Origin: an uncultured archaeon
Lineage (GTDB): Archaea > Asgardarchaeota > Thorarchaeia > Thorarchaeales > Thorarchaeaceae
DNA: 19,657 bases
Assembly: GCA_964590575.1 (NCBI GenBank)
Contig: CAZPWM010000059.1
Location: 1-19,657 of the forward strand
Reading direction: 5' to 3'
The position numbers and the translations under genes are program-made. Numbering within the stretch: the stretch's first letter is position 1; each line of letters begins with the position of its first letter. A model generated the notes under the pieces. That model ran no database searches, was not told the DNA's origin, and worked only from the letters and a program-made list of their open reading frames with translations. Shown piece by piece: positions 1 to 8,641 of the stretch.

Positions 1-594
1 ATCGCAATGTCATTTCCAATCATCACATTCTTTATGGCTGTGTGGTTCTTGGATGAGCCCCTAATACTATCGCGCCTTGCAGGTGCTATAATCGCAGTCA
101 TCGGTATTGTTCTGATATCGAATGAGCAGAATAGAAGTCAGAAGTACAGCGAAACACCAGTAAAATTGGATATCTTGGGGATACTTGGCGCCGTCGTGAC
201 AGCACTTCTGTACGCAATTGGAACCATCGTGCTACAAGTTGGTATCGAGGGAGTTGATCCGATTGCAGGTAACCTAATTAGAATGATTGTCGGTTCCATC
301 GCTTTTGTTCCAATGGTGGTAATAGCGCGATTTGGGGGAATGAAACTGATATCCCAAAAGGCGATAGTTCGTGTGATTATTGCAGGCTTCTTCGGTATGG
401 CAGTGGGGTCTCTTCTCTATGTGGCTGCAGTGGCAATGGTTGGGGCCGCAATAATGTCAGTTCTCTCATCAACAGCACCACTATTTGCAGTTCCAGTTTC
501 TGTTTTCATCCTGAAAGAGAAGTTGACCACAGTTGCGGGAATTGGCATTCTAGCTACGATAGTTGGTGTTGTTCTTGTCGTGGTAGGTTTCTGA
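1..594 (+). CDS. EamA/DMT-family transporter, 5'-truncated by the window edge
   Basis: Frame is open from base 1. Multiple hydrophobic helices with EamA-type motifs 'FLDEPLILSRLAGAIIAVIGIVLI' and 'STAPLFAVPVSVFILKEKLT...GILATIVGVVLV' (end of the first repeat plus a complete second repeat). Confidence 0.9.
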   Translation: MAMSFPIITFFMAVWFLDEPLILSRLAGAIIAVIGIVLISNEQNRSQKYSETPVKLDILGILGAVVTALLYAIGTIVLQVGIEGVDPIAGNLIRMIVGSIAFVPMVVIARFGGMKLISQKAIVRVIIAGFFGMAVGSLLYVAAVAMVGAAIMSVLSSTAPLFAVPVSVFILKEKLTTVAGIGILATIVGVVLVVVGF

Positions 595-597
595 GAA

Positions 598-1524
598 TTA
601 TGGAGCAGCTGACAGCTCCACATAATCCTCAAAGACTTCACTACCACGTTGAAACCTCACACGCAGTTTCGCACCTACCTTGCTACGTATGATTATCCGT
701 CTCAAGTCCTCCATTCCTGTAACGTCTTCGTCATTGATAGCAATTATAACATCTCCAGGTTGGAGCCCTGTATTACGGGACGGACCTTTTAGTACTTCAA
801 CTAGCATTGCTCCTTTCTCCACCTGAAGATTGTAATGAGTAGAAATCCCTTTGTTCAAAGTCACTCCGACTATTCCCATCCAAGGTGTCTGAACAGTTCC
901 TGTTTCAATAAGCTCGTTATAGACTCCCTTGAGTGTATCCACCGCAATTGCAAATCCGATACCCTGACTCCATGGAATCATCGCAGTTGGCACTCCGATA
1001 AGTCGACCATGAGAATCAACAAGAGCTCCTCCGCTATTACCCGGATTGATCTGCGCAGATGTCTGGATTAGTCCTTCAAGGTATGAGCCCTGACCCTGAA
1101 TTGTACGGTCTATTGCACTCACCATTCCAAAAGTGACTGTTGATCCAAGACCAAGAGGATTGCCAACTGCAATCGCGATTTGACCAACTTTGAGACTGTC
1201 TGAATCTCCCATCTCTATTGGATTGAGCCCCTCTGCATCAATCTTCAGTATAGCGAGGTCTCTTACCTTCGATTCACCTACAACAACTGCCTTGAAGTTT
1301 CGTCCATCATGAAGTGTGACATCTACATCTCGTGCACCCTCGATGACATGAGTGTTTGTCACAATGAAGCCGGTATCAGATAGGATAACTCCTGATCCCT
1401 GACCCTTGACGGGTACAACACGAGACAGTTGTGTCCGAGCAAGTCTGGTTGTTGAAACGCTTACCACACTAGGTACAACCTCATCTACAACCTCAACCAT
1501 TTTCTTCTCAAAATCTAAAAACAT
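598..1524 (-). CDS. htrA: HtrA/DegP-family trypsin-like serine protease with one PDZ domain, no signal peptide
   Basis: GSGVI, VTNTHV (His), RDLAILKI (Asp), IQTSAQINPGNSGGAL (Ser). C-terminal PDZ 'PWMGI...GLQPGDVIIAIND'. Confidence 0.93.
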   Translation of the reverse strand: MFLDFEKKMVEVVDEVVPSVVSVSTTRLARTQLSRVVPVKGQGSGVILSDTGFIVTNTHVIEGARDVDVTLHDGRNFKAVVVGESKVRDLAILKIDAEGLNPIEMGDSDSLKVGQIAIAVGNPLGLGSTVTFGMVSAIDRTIQGQGSYLEGLIQTSAQINPGNSGGALVDSHGRLIGVPTAMIPWSQGIGFAIAVDTLKGVYNELIETGTVQTPWMGIVGVTLNKGISTHYNLQVEKGAMLVEVLKGPSRNTGLQPGDVIIAINDEDVTGMEDLRRIIIRSKVGAKLRVRFQRGSEVFEDYVELSAAP

Positions 1525-1545
1525 GTTATTAACAATAGTTCAGGG

Positions 1546-1553
1546 AATATTAA
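1546..1553 (-). promoter_or_regulatory. Putative archaeal TATA box for a (near-)leaderless htrA transcript
   Basis: Minus strand reads cTTAATATt about 22-29 nt upstream of the ATG at 1524, with no SD sequence in between. Confidence 0.4.
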
Positions 1554-1630
1554 GTTGTCTAAATGTGCGTGATATTGTCAAAGGGTTTTTCGGGAGGTAT
1601 TGTACTAGAAAGAGTATTGTTTCTCGTGTG

Positions 1631-2233
1631 ATGGTTGTAGTGATAGAATGGATAAACATCATAGTGCTTGTCGTTTCGACGATTCTGTTCTTATACTTCT
1701 ATGTCAAGAGTGTGAGTCCTGCGCAACTTGAGAAGAAGATGGGAGAGATAGCGTATCCGAAATGCAAGACGTATCGCCTCATTGCTGGTAGTTTTGAAGG
1801 AATAACAGTCATCAACTATGTGATCTATTTTTTCTACCCGCTTCCACTTGGACTCCCTCTAGTGTTTCCATGGGATTGGATGGTTTCAATTCTTTTTGGC
1901 ATTATAATTCTGATTCCTAGTCTTTATCTCATGGTGATTGGAATAAAAGACGCAGGTCGAGAGACCCTTGAACCAAAGAAAGAGCACACCCTTTATGGGG
2001 GAATCTATGAAACTGTTCGGCATCCTCAAGCAATCGGTGAGGCCGTAATGTGGTTCCCAATCGCGCTCTTCCTCAATTCACCCTTTCTAGCTCTTTATTC
2101 ATTTTTATGGATTCCAATCTTCTACATCATGTGTGTAGCTGAAGAGCGAGACCTTGTGATTCGATATGGGGAAAGTTATCTCGAATACAGGGACCGAGTG
2201 GGATTCTTGATACCCAAGCGAACAAAGAACTGA
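1631..2233 (+). CDS. Isoprenylcysteine carboxyl methyltransferase (ICMT/PEMT/Ste14)-family integral membrane methyltransferase
   Basis: 4-5 TM helices, 'GGIYETVRHPQAIG' and 'EERDLVIRYGESYLEYRDRV' family motifs. Start moved from 1406 (overlaps htrA) to the ATG at 1631. Confidence 0.85.
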   Translation: MVVVIEWINIIVLVVSTILFLYFYVKSVSPAQLEKKMGEIAYPKCKTYRLIAGSFEGITVINYVIYFFYPLPLGLPLVFPWDWMVSILFGIIILIPSLYLMVIGIKDAGRETLEPKKEHTLYGGIYETVRHPQAIGEAVMWFPIALFLNSPFLALYSFLWIPIFYIMCVAEERDLVIRYGESYLEYRDRVGFLIPKRTKN

Positions 2234-2388
2234 AACTATCTGGTTTAATCACACTGCTACTTCGAAGACTTGATTCAGTTGGAGGAACATAATGTCCAGA
2301 AGAGGTTAAGGCTAAGTTCTAACCTCTAATCATCCTTTTCCGAACACATAGTAACCTATTTCAAACCAGAAACTATCTCTATACTACA

Positions 2389-3237
2389 ATGCCAACTCCT
2401 TTCATGAATAATGATCGCTTTCTGGTCAGTAAAGTTATTGCAGGAGCCGATTTGAAGACATCAATACAAAAAGCAATTGATCTTATTGGAGGTCTCGACA
2501 AAATCATTGATTCCGATGATAGGGTGACGATAAAACCCAACCTCAATACAGCTGATCCTTATCCCGCTTCAAGCGATCCTGAATTTATTCAAGCGCTCGG
2601 TGAAGTCATTCTAGAAGCTGGTGCTTCAAAGATTGATATCATTGAAAGTTCAACGATGCGATTGTCCACACGTGTCGTAGCTCAGAAAATCGGATTAGAT
2701 GTTGTTGCAGAGCAATTGGATGCAAATCTAATATTCCTTGACGAACATGAATGGGTAAAGGTCAAATTTCCCCGAGGTCAATATCTCAAGAGTGGTTCAA
2801 TTGGTAAACCTTTGCTGGACATACAGAAGTTAGTTCTTGCACCATGTCTGAAGACCCATTTCCTCGGTGGATTTACTGGGAGTATGAAACTATTCGTAGG
2901 ATGGATCAAACATAGTCAACGAATTCGGATGCATGCTCGTAAACTCCAACCAAAGATTGCAGATCTTGCATCATACTTCAATCCAGATTTGATTGTGATG
3001 GATGCACGAACCTGCTTTGTAACAGGTGGTCCTGCATCCGGTACTTGCTCTACACCGGGAGTTATCTTAGCAAGTGGCGATATGGTTGCTATCGATGTTG
3101 AAGGTGTTAAGATCATTCAGTGTTGTAAAGCTGAGAACAAACTAGACATGGATGTATGGGACATTCCCCAGATCAAGCATGCTGTTGAGATTGGGATAGG
3201 CGCAAAGAGTGATTCCGACATCGAAATTGTGCAATAG
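2389..3237 (+). CDS. DUF362-family protein (no appended ferredoxin domain)
   Basis: Family motifs 'AIDLIGG', 'VTIKPN', 'LKTH', 'PDLIVMDA...GGP', 'ILASGDMVAIDV'. Confidence 0.85.
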   Translation: MPTPFMNNDRFLVSKVIAGADLKTSIQKAIDLIGGLDKIIDSDDRVTIKPNLNTADPYPASSDPEFIQALGEVILEAGASKIDIIESSTMRLSTRVVAQKIGLDVVAEQLDANLIFLDEHEWVKVKFPRGQYLKSGSIGKPLLDIQKLVLAPCLKTHFLGGFTGSMKLFVGWIKHSQRIRMHARKLQPKIADLASYFNPDLIVMDARTCFVTGGPASGTCSTPGVILASGDMVAIDVEGVKIIQCCKAENKLDMDVWDIPQIKHAVEIGIGAKSDSDIEIVQ

Positions 3238-3240
3238 AGG

Positions 3241-5460
3241 TCATGTTTCAATTGCGTTCAGGGGTTTTGGAATCCATATTCTGAACTCTGCACCCTGCGT
3301 GTGATCCCCGATGACTCTGTCGTGGACCTCGATAGTACCGTTATACTTCTCAACAATATAATGTGCAGTGTGAAGCCCCAGTCCCCCAAACCTTCGTGAT
3401 GTGTCGAAGAGACTAGTTTTCACTGGGTCAGGAATCCCTTTTCCATCGTCTGCTATCGATACAGTATAACCAGCTTTATCCTCCTTAAGTACAACCCACA
3501 CTTTCTTCTCATCATTAGGATTATGTTCGATAGCATTCATCATAATATTTGAGAGGAGTAACTCAAGAAAATCGTCAGCTTCGATTATTACATCCCTGAT
3601 AGAATATGAGGTTTCAAAGGTTATCGATCCAGAACTCTTTGATAAAGCCTTGATTGTGAGTTCAATAGCCTCATCGAGTTTCCTCTCTCTAGTTGGAACT
3701 GAGAGCAGCTGTTCAGTCGCTTTAGCCTCTTCGATAATTCTTGAACACCGCCTTACAGCATCGCCAATCACTTTCATGAAAGAATCCTTGTTTGACTCAT
3801 CTATCGCTGATTTCATCAGGGCGGCACTATTGAGGATTACTTGGAGTTGTTGAGTCAAATCATGACCCATAAGATCCAAATAAAGAAGTGCGCGGTCCTT
3901 TGCAACCCGAAGTTCTCGTTCGCTTTCACGTCTATCTGTAATATCCACAATCACGGTCTGAACTGCTGATGTTCCCCCATACTCAACACGACTTGTAAAG
4001 CTCTCCACCCAACGGATTTCTCCAGTTTTTCGGATGAATCTATACTCGTATTGAGGCGGGATAGGTCTTCCTTTAATCTTATCTTCCATTCTTTTCTGAA
4101 GATCTGTTCTATCGTCTGGATGAACAAGATCCCAGACATCACTGGCTGTCATTTCAGAAAGTTCATCATTAGAGTATCCAACAAGGTCCCTGAAAGCTGG
4201 ATTGTAATAGAGAAGTGAATCCGTAGTTAGAATAGTGATTCCTTGAACTGATTGTTCTGCAAGGCTTCGATACTTTTCCTCAGATTTGATGAGGTTGTCC
4301 TCAGCAACACGTTTCTCAGTTATGTCTTGATATGTTCCAAGAACCCCAATCACATTGTTATCTTCATCATGCAATGAAACAATATTAATCTCAATCCACG
4401 CTTCTCGGTCATCTGCTTGATGTTGAGGAGCGATGATGTTCATCTGCGGTTGGTTTGTTCTGATTACTTCTTGATCAAGTGCTCGGAACAATTCAGCTTC
4501 TACCTCATTCCATGCTAGGTCAAAGTCTGTCTTTCCCACGATGTTGTCTGGATTACCTACACCTGCAACTAGTGCGAAGTTTTCATTGCACCCAAGATAA
4601 ACCGAGTCAAGGTCTTTCCAATATACGTATTGAGGGATTGTGTTCATGACTGTTAGAAGCATCTCTTGGGATGAACGTAGTTTTATTTCAGTCAACTTTG
4701 CCTCGGTAATGTCAATGACTATAACTTGGAATGCTTTGGCTCCTTCATATTCAATATCTCCTGAGAAAGCTTGAACCCATCTAATAGAACCGTCTCTTCG
4801 TATGAATCGATATTCATATGGCATTGGTATCTTGATTCCCGCCCTCCTATCGCTAGCTAACTTAAGCAAGTAACTTTTGTCTTCAGGATGAATAAGATTC
4901 CAACCCTCCTCAGATGGCATAGTAAGTATTTCATCCACTGTATACCCAACTAGAAAGGCAAAGGCTGGATTAACATACACATACCTATCATCCTGGATAA
5001 TTGTTAAACCTTGGATTGACTGTTCTGCAAGTAATTTGTACTTCTTTTCAGCTTCAATTCGTGCAGATATATCAGTGATTACGGCGAACGAGCCCTGATG
5101 AACCCCATCTTCACTAATGAGCGGAGTACCTGATACAATTGTTGGTATTTTCTTTCCTGTCCGTGTTGTCCATTCAAGCTCATATTGAGATGAGAGACCC
5201 TTGGTTCTTTTTCGGACATTATTCTCCAACAAAAACAGGTTTTCATCATCAAGAAAAGTAGTAAGTGGTTTCCCAATCATCCAATCCAAAGGATAATCAA
5301 GCAGATCACTGAATCTTTGGTTTGCATAGGTGAGAATACCGTTGCTATCAATAACACCAAATGCGTCATTCATTGCATCCAAAAGTGCTCTAAACCTATG
5401 TGCCTCTGTAATCGACTCTGAATCCTCATTATGAATAGTTTCGATTTTTTCATCTGGCAA
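3241..5460 (-). CDS. Soluble multi-PAS (4 PAS/PAC) sensor histidine kinase
   Basis: TTG start after GAGGA. Four PAS/PAC units each ending in DI(S/T). H-box 'LDLMGHDL', N-box 'NIMMNAIEHN', G1 'DDGKGI', G2 'GGLGL'. No TM segments. Confidence 0.93.
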   Translation of the reverse strand: MPDEKIETIHNEDSESITEAHRFRALLDAMNDAFGVIDSNGILTYANQRFSDLLDYPLDWMIGKPLTTFLDDENLFLLENNVRKRTKGLSSQYELEWTTRTGKKIPTIVSGTPLISEDGVHQGSFAVITDISARIEAEKKYKLLAEQSIQGLTIIQDDRYVYVNPAFAFLVGYTVDEILTMPSEEGWNLIHPEDKSYLLKLASDRRAGIKIPMPYEYRFIRRDGSIRWVQAFSGDIEYEGAKAFQVIVIDITEAKLTEIKLRSSQEMLLTVMNTIPQYVYWKDLDSVYLGCNENFALVAGVGNPDNIVGKTDFDLAWNEVEAELFRALDQEVIRTNQPQMNIIAPQHQADDREAWIEINIVSLHDEDNNVIGVLGTYQDITEKRVAEDNLIKSEEKYRSLAEQSVQGITILTTDSLLYYNPAFRDLVGYSNDELSEMTASDVWDLVHPDDRTDLQKRMEDKIKGRPIPPQYEYRFIRKTGEIRWVESFTSRVEYGGTSAVQTVIVDITDRRESERELRVAKDRALLYLDLMGHDLTQQLQVILNSAALMKSAIDESNKDSFMKVIGDAVRRCSRIIEEAKATEQLLSVPTRERKLDEAIELTIKALSKSSGSITFETSYSIRDVIIEADDFLELLLSNIMMNAIEHNPNDEKKVWVVLKEDKAGYTVSIADDGKGIPDPVKTSLFDTSRRFGGLGLHTAHYIVEKYNGTIEVHDRVIGDHTQGAEFRIWIPKPLNAIET

Positions 5461-5633
5461 CTAGGAAATTCCTCTTTCTGAATGAAATGCTTCGCTGAGC
5501 TATGTTTCTTGACCAGAAAACCATAATTTTGTATATTACTATCTTGTGTGTTTGTTATCCGCGAATCGGATATGGTTCATCTGTCGTAGTAAAGGTTTTA
5601 CTAAGAAAGAATGTGCCTCACTGAGTGGAGTTA

Positions 5634-7892
5634 ATGTCTGGTATCCAACAGGAGCGTCTTGCGAAACGTGTAGCGTTCTACAGTGTCATTGCATTGTTAG
5701 CTGCATTTGCATGGTTCATAATTGGATTACCTGCTTGGCAGACATATCACACCGATATTGCCTTTCAGACATTCATAGCATTCTCGACAATAGCGTGTAT
5801 TGCTATCTCCTTGCTAGCCAATAGAGAACACCCTACACCATTTCTTGCGATGGTTCAAGCAGCTCTGTTCTATTCTTCAGCCATGCATATAGGATTTACA
5901 ATTGATAACATATATTCACATGATACTTGGATACTGCATAGGTCCACATTGAATCTATTCAATGACTTACTGGAGTTAGCTCTCTTAAGTTGCTTATTCT
6001 TCATTTCAGTATGGTCAAATGTGAGATGCAAGAAAATTTCTAGTAGAAGGCTCTACTCAATCGCACTCGTATTAGGAACTTCCCTTTTGCTAATTTATGC
6101 TGTTCTCTCAGATAGAATAATCCAAATAATCCCTGAGTCACTGATGCATGGTTTGGGTGTCATTGTCTTTGGAATTGTAATAATCATACTAGGTGCAACA
6201 ATATATCTTGTATTCCAATCTTCAAAAGAAGACCTTCCATACCAGCCCATCGCGTTCATTGTGTTCTGTGTTTTATTAGCTGTGGCTGCAGTTCCTCTGA
6301 TTATTCCTCTTTTTCAGTCATCAGAAATCTGGACACTTTCAGTAACCTTTCAGTCTGTTGCATTCTTCGTTCTTTATTTGTCCCTAGCTATTCCATATCT
6401 TCAGGATGTCGGGATGAAATCAAAAAGTGCAACCATCTTCGCATCTGGCTTTTCAGCTCTTTTCCTTATTCCATTTGTTGTTACTCTTATTGTGGAAACA
6501 TGGATATCTGAATTTTACGATCCAGACTTGAGCGTTTACATTATCATACATCTGGGTGCCGCATCTCTGTCAGTTGTTATGGCGATCATGACTTATGGGC
6601 ATGCGAAAACGAGAGGAATGAGGAATCTCTATCCCCTCATTCTTCTGTTTGCTTCATGGACTGTTGTAGATATTTTTCAGGTAGTGATGTCTCAGCTACC
6701 ATTACCATATGAGGGTGAATCAATGGTTCCGTACATCACTGGGAGTATAGTATCACTAATCGCACTGTATCTAGCAATTCGTTGGACGATGGGTAAACCC
6801 CCATTGCATTTACCTCGTCCTGAGTTATGGCCTCTTCTTGGATTCTCGATTCAGGCTGGTCTTGTCATTATATCCGAATTGATTCAAACTGCTCTCACGG
6901 GAGCAGTTCCCACTCTGCTCCATAGCCCTCTAGGGAACTCTGTCCTTCTTATTATCAATTTCTTTGCAATGTTTGAGTTCACGTATCTTATCGTCTATCT
7001 ATCACGTAAATCAGGAGGCGGTCTTACAGTGGAAGTTCTGCTCACCGGTTTCCTCGCCCTTTGGATAGTACCCAATATTCTCAAAGCGAATTACCTGGAT
7101 TGGACAGCGGGGTGGTATTCTGCTGAGCTAATTCTGCTTGTTGCCTTATTATGTGGTCCAGCTGTCTTGGGTATGCTCTACCTTGGGGAAATGCGGAGTG
7201 CAGAGAGCTCCCATCAAAGAGCACGGGTCTATTCTGATCTTCTAGTTCATGATATTTCCAATTACCATCAAGCCATCCTCATTTCATTGGGACTCCTTGA
7301 AGTCAACGGGATTCAACCTGGTATAAGGGAGCAAGTCCTCAGAGATGCTCAAATTGAGTTGCATCGGGCTGATGAGCTCATTCGCAATGTGCGGCAATTA
7401 GGGATGTCTGAAGAGATTATTCATCAGATGCTTGACCGTCTTGACCTGGTCCAGTGTATTAGGACATCTTTTGACAATGCTATTCCAACTATCCACCGGC
7501 AAAATATTGAATTCAGCATTAATCGAAACCGTGGAGAATGCTATGTTCAGGGTCACCCCTTGATTGAGGGAATATTCACGAACCTTTTCCGAAACTCAAT
7601 CCAGTATTCACCTGACAAGAAACGTATCGAAGTAGAACTTAAATTAAGTAGAAATCAGGAAGGCGCTGTTTGGATCGTTAGAGTCATCGACTATGGTCAA
7701 GGAATTGAACCTGAAAAGAAAGTCAATCTCTTCAATCGTTTCATGAGCGGGGCAAAAGGAACAGGTCTTGGTCTTTCTGTAGCAAAAACACTCACTGAGA
7801 TTTTTGGCGGGACAATCGCAGTAGAAGATCGTGTCCCAGGTGATTACACGAAGGGCTCTGTCTTTATTGTCACACTTCCCGCTGCTCAATAA
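5634..7892 (+). CDS. Membrane-bound sensor histidine kinase with a very large (~16 TM) input domain
   Basis: ATG at 5634 after GAGTGGAG (alternative GTG at 5625). About 520 hydrophobic residues, then H-box 'DLLVHDISN', 'NLFRNSIQYS', 'IDYGQGI', 'GTGLGLS'. Confidence 0.92.
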   Translation: MSGIQQERLAKRVAFYSVIALLAAFAWFIIGLPAWQTYHTDIAFQTFIAFSTIACIAISLLANREHPTPFLAMVQAALFYSSAMHIGFTIDNIYSHDTWILHRSTLNLFNDLLELALLSCLFFISVWSNVRCKKISSRRLYSIALVLGTSLLLIYAVLSDRIIQIIPESLMHGLGVIVFGIVIIILGATIYLVFQSSKEDLPYQPIAFIVFCVLLAVAAVPLIIPLFQSSEIWTLSVTFQSVAFFVLYLSLAIPYLQDVGMKSKSATIFASGFSALFLIPFVVTLIVETWISEFYDPDLSVYIIIHLGAASLSVVMAIMTYGHAKTRGMRNLYPLILLFASWTVVDIFQVVMSQLPLPYEGESMVPYITGSIVSLIALYLAIRWTMGKPPLHLPRPELWPLLGFSIQAGLVIISELIQTALTGAVPTLLHSPLGNSVLLIINFFAMFEFTYLIVYLSRKSGGGLTVEVLLTGFLALWIVPNILKANYLDWTAGWYSAELILLVALLCGPAVLGMLYLGEMRSAESSHQRARVYSDLLVHDISNYHQAILISLGLLEVNGIQPGIREQVLRDAQIELHRADELIRNVRQLGMSEEIIHQMLDRLDLVQCIRTSFDNAIPTIHRQNIEFSINRNRGECYVQGHPLIEGIFTNLFRNSIQYSPDKKRIEVELKLSRNQEGAVWIVRVIDYGQGIEPEKKVNLFNRFMSGAKGTGLGLSVAKTLTEIFGGTIAVEDRVPGDYTKGSVFIVTLPAAQ

Positions 7893-8035
7893 CTTTAGTT
7901 TCTAGCAAGTTTGACCAGTTTATTGTCACTTTTCTGATGGTTTGTAATTTAGAGAAAGTTACACGGTATCAGGTTTTCTAATGCAGTGGCTCTACCAAAG
8001 ATGATCTTACGTTCACTGAGTTTAACTTCACTTAT

Positions 8036-8530
8036 CTAGTGAGTTATTTCTGTTGATGAAACTGCTTCTAATGAGTTCATTCTTGTCTGGATGGTTTTTT
8101 TAATCTCATTAAGCATTGGAGCTAGATTATCTTCTCGACCGCTTCTTAAATCCTCGATAGAATGAATGTCTTTCATCATTGCTCCAAGTCTATCTAGGAG
8201 GCTCACGACTCCAAGATTGAAGATATCTCCGAAACTACCATCAATAGAATACAGAACACGTTTTCTACCCCGACCAGTCTGGTCATAATCTCGTCTTCCT
8301 TCAATTACCCCCAACGCTTCAAGTTGAGAGATTATCAATCCTGCATTTGCACGGGAGTAACCTGTGACTTTACAGATATCATCAGAACTCATGCGATTAC
8401 CAGTTTCATAACTTTCGATAAAGAGTGCTGCTATGACCGGTCCTGCATTTGTGGATAGACCGATCCATTTTGCCACTTTCTCAAATAGTCTTGTGATAGG
8501 TCCTTTGAGAAAACCATTGTCATTTCCCAT
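8036..8530 (-). CDS. Winged-helix transcriptional regulator (GbsR/MarR-like)
   Basis: 'KWIGLS..AGPVIAALF', HTH 'MSSDDICKVTGYSRANAGLIISQLEALGVI', wing 'GRGRKRVLY', C-terminal coiled coil. AGGTG RBS upstream. Confidence 0.8.
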   Translation of the reverse strand: MGNDNGFLKGPITRLFEKVAKWIGLSTNAGPVIAALFIESYETGNRMSSDDICKVTGYSRANAGLIISQLEALGVIEGRRDYDQTGRGRKRVLYSIDGSFGDIFNLGVVSLLDRLGAMMKDIHSIEDLRSGREDNLAPMLNEIKKTIQTRMNSLEAVSSTEITH

Positions 8531-8641
8531 TGGTTTACACCTGTTGATTCTTTCAGTTACACAGCTAATCTAAGCCTTGCTCACATTTTTACAATTTCGC
8601 CAATCCATATATGATTATTGGATAAAATATAGAGTTTAAAA

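Noticed and set aside
1406-1630. N-terminal extension of the 1406..2233 ORF
   Set aside because: It overlaps htrA on the opposite strand and its promoter. The Thr/Ser-rich text is the antisense of Val-rich htrA codons, and family similarity begins near 1631.
3235-3399. Possible TAG (pyrrolysine) read-through of DUF362 giving a CxxC-containing tail 'RSCFNC...'
   Set aside because: The tail is antisense to the kinase C-terminus and lacks a ferredoxin CxxCxxC motif, so it is best explained as chance.
5546-5824. Cys-rich 92-aa ORF resembling a metal-binding protein
   Set aside because: It is an alternative frame overlapping the membrane kinase. The Cys residues arise from shifted hydrophobic codons and there is no RBS.
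7934-7978. Imperfect hairpin between the convergent kinase and wHTH genes as a possible ncRNA
   Set aside because: AT-rich and mismatched. At most a weak terminator, with no RNA family features.
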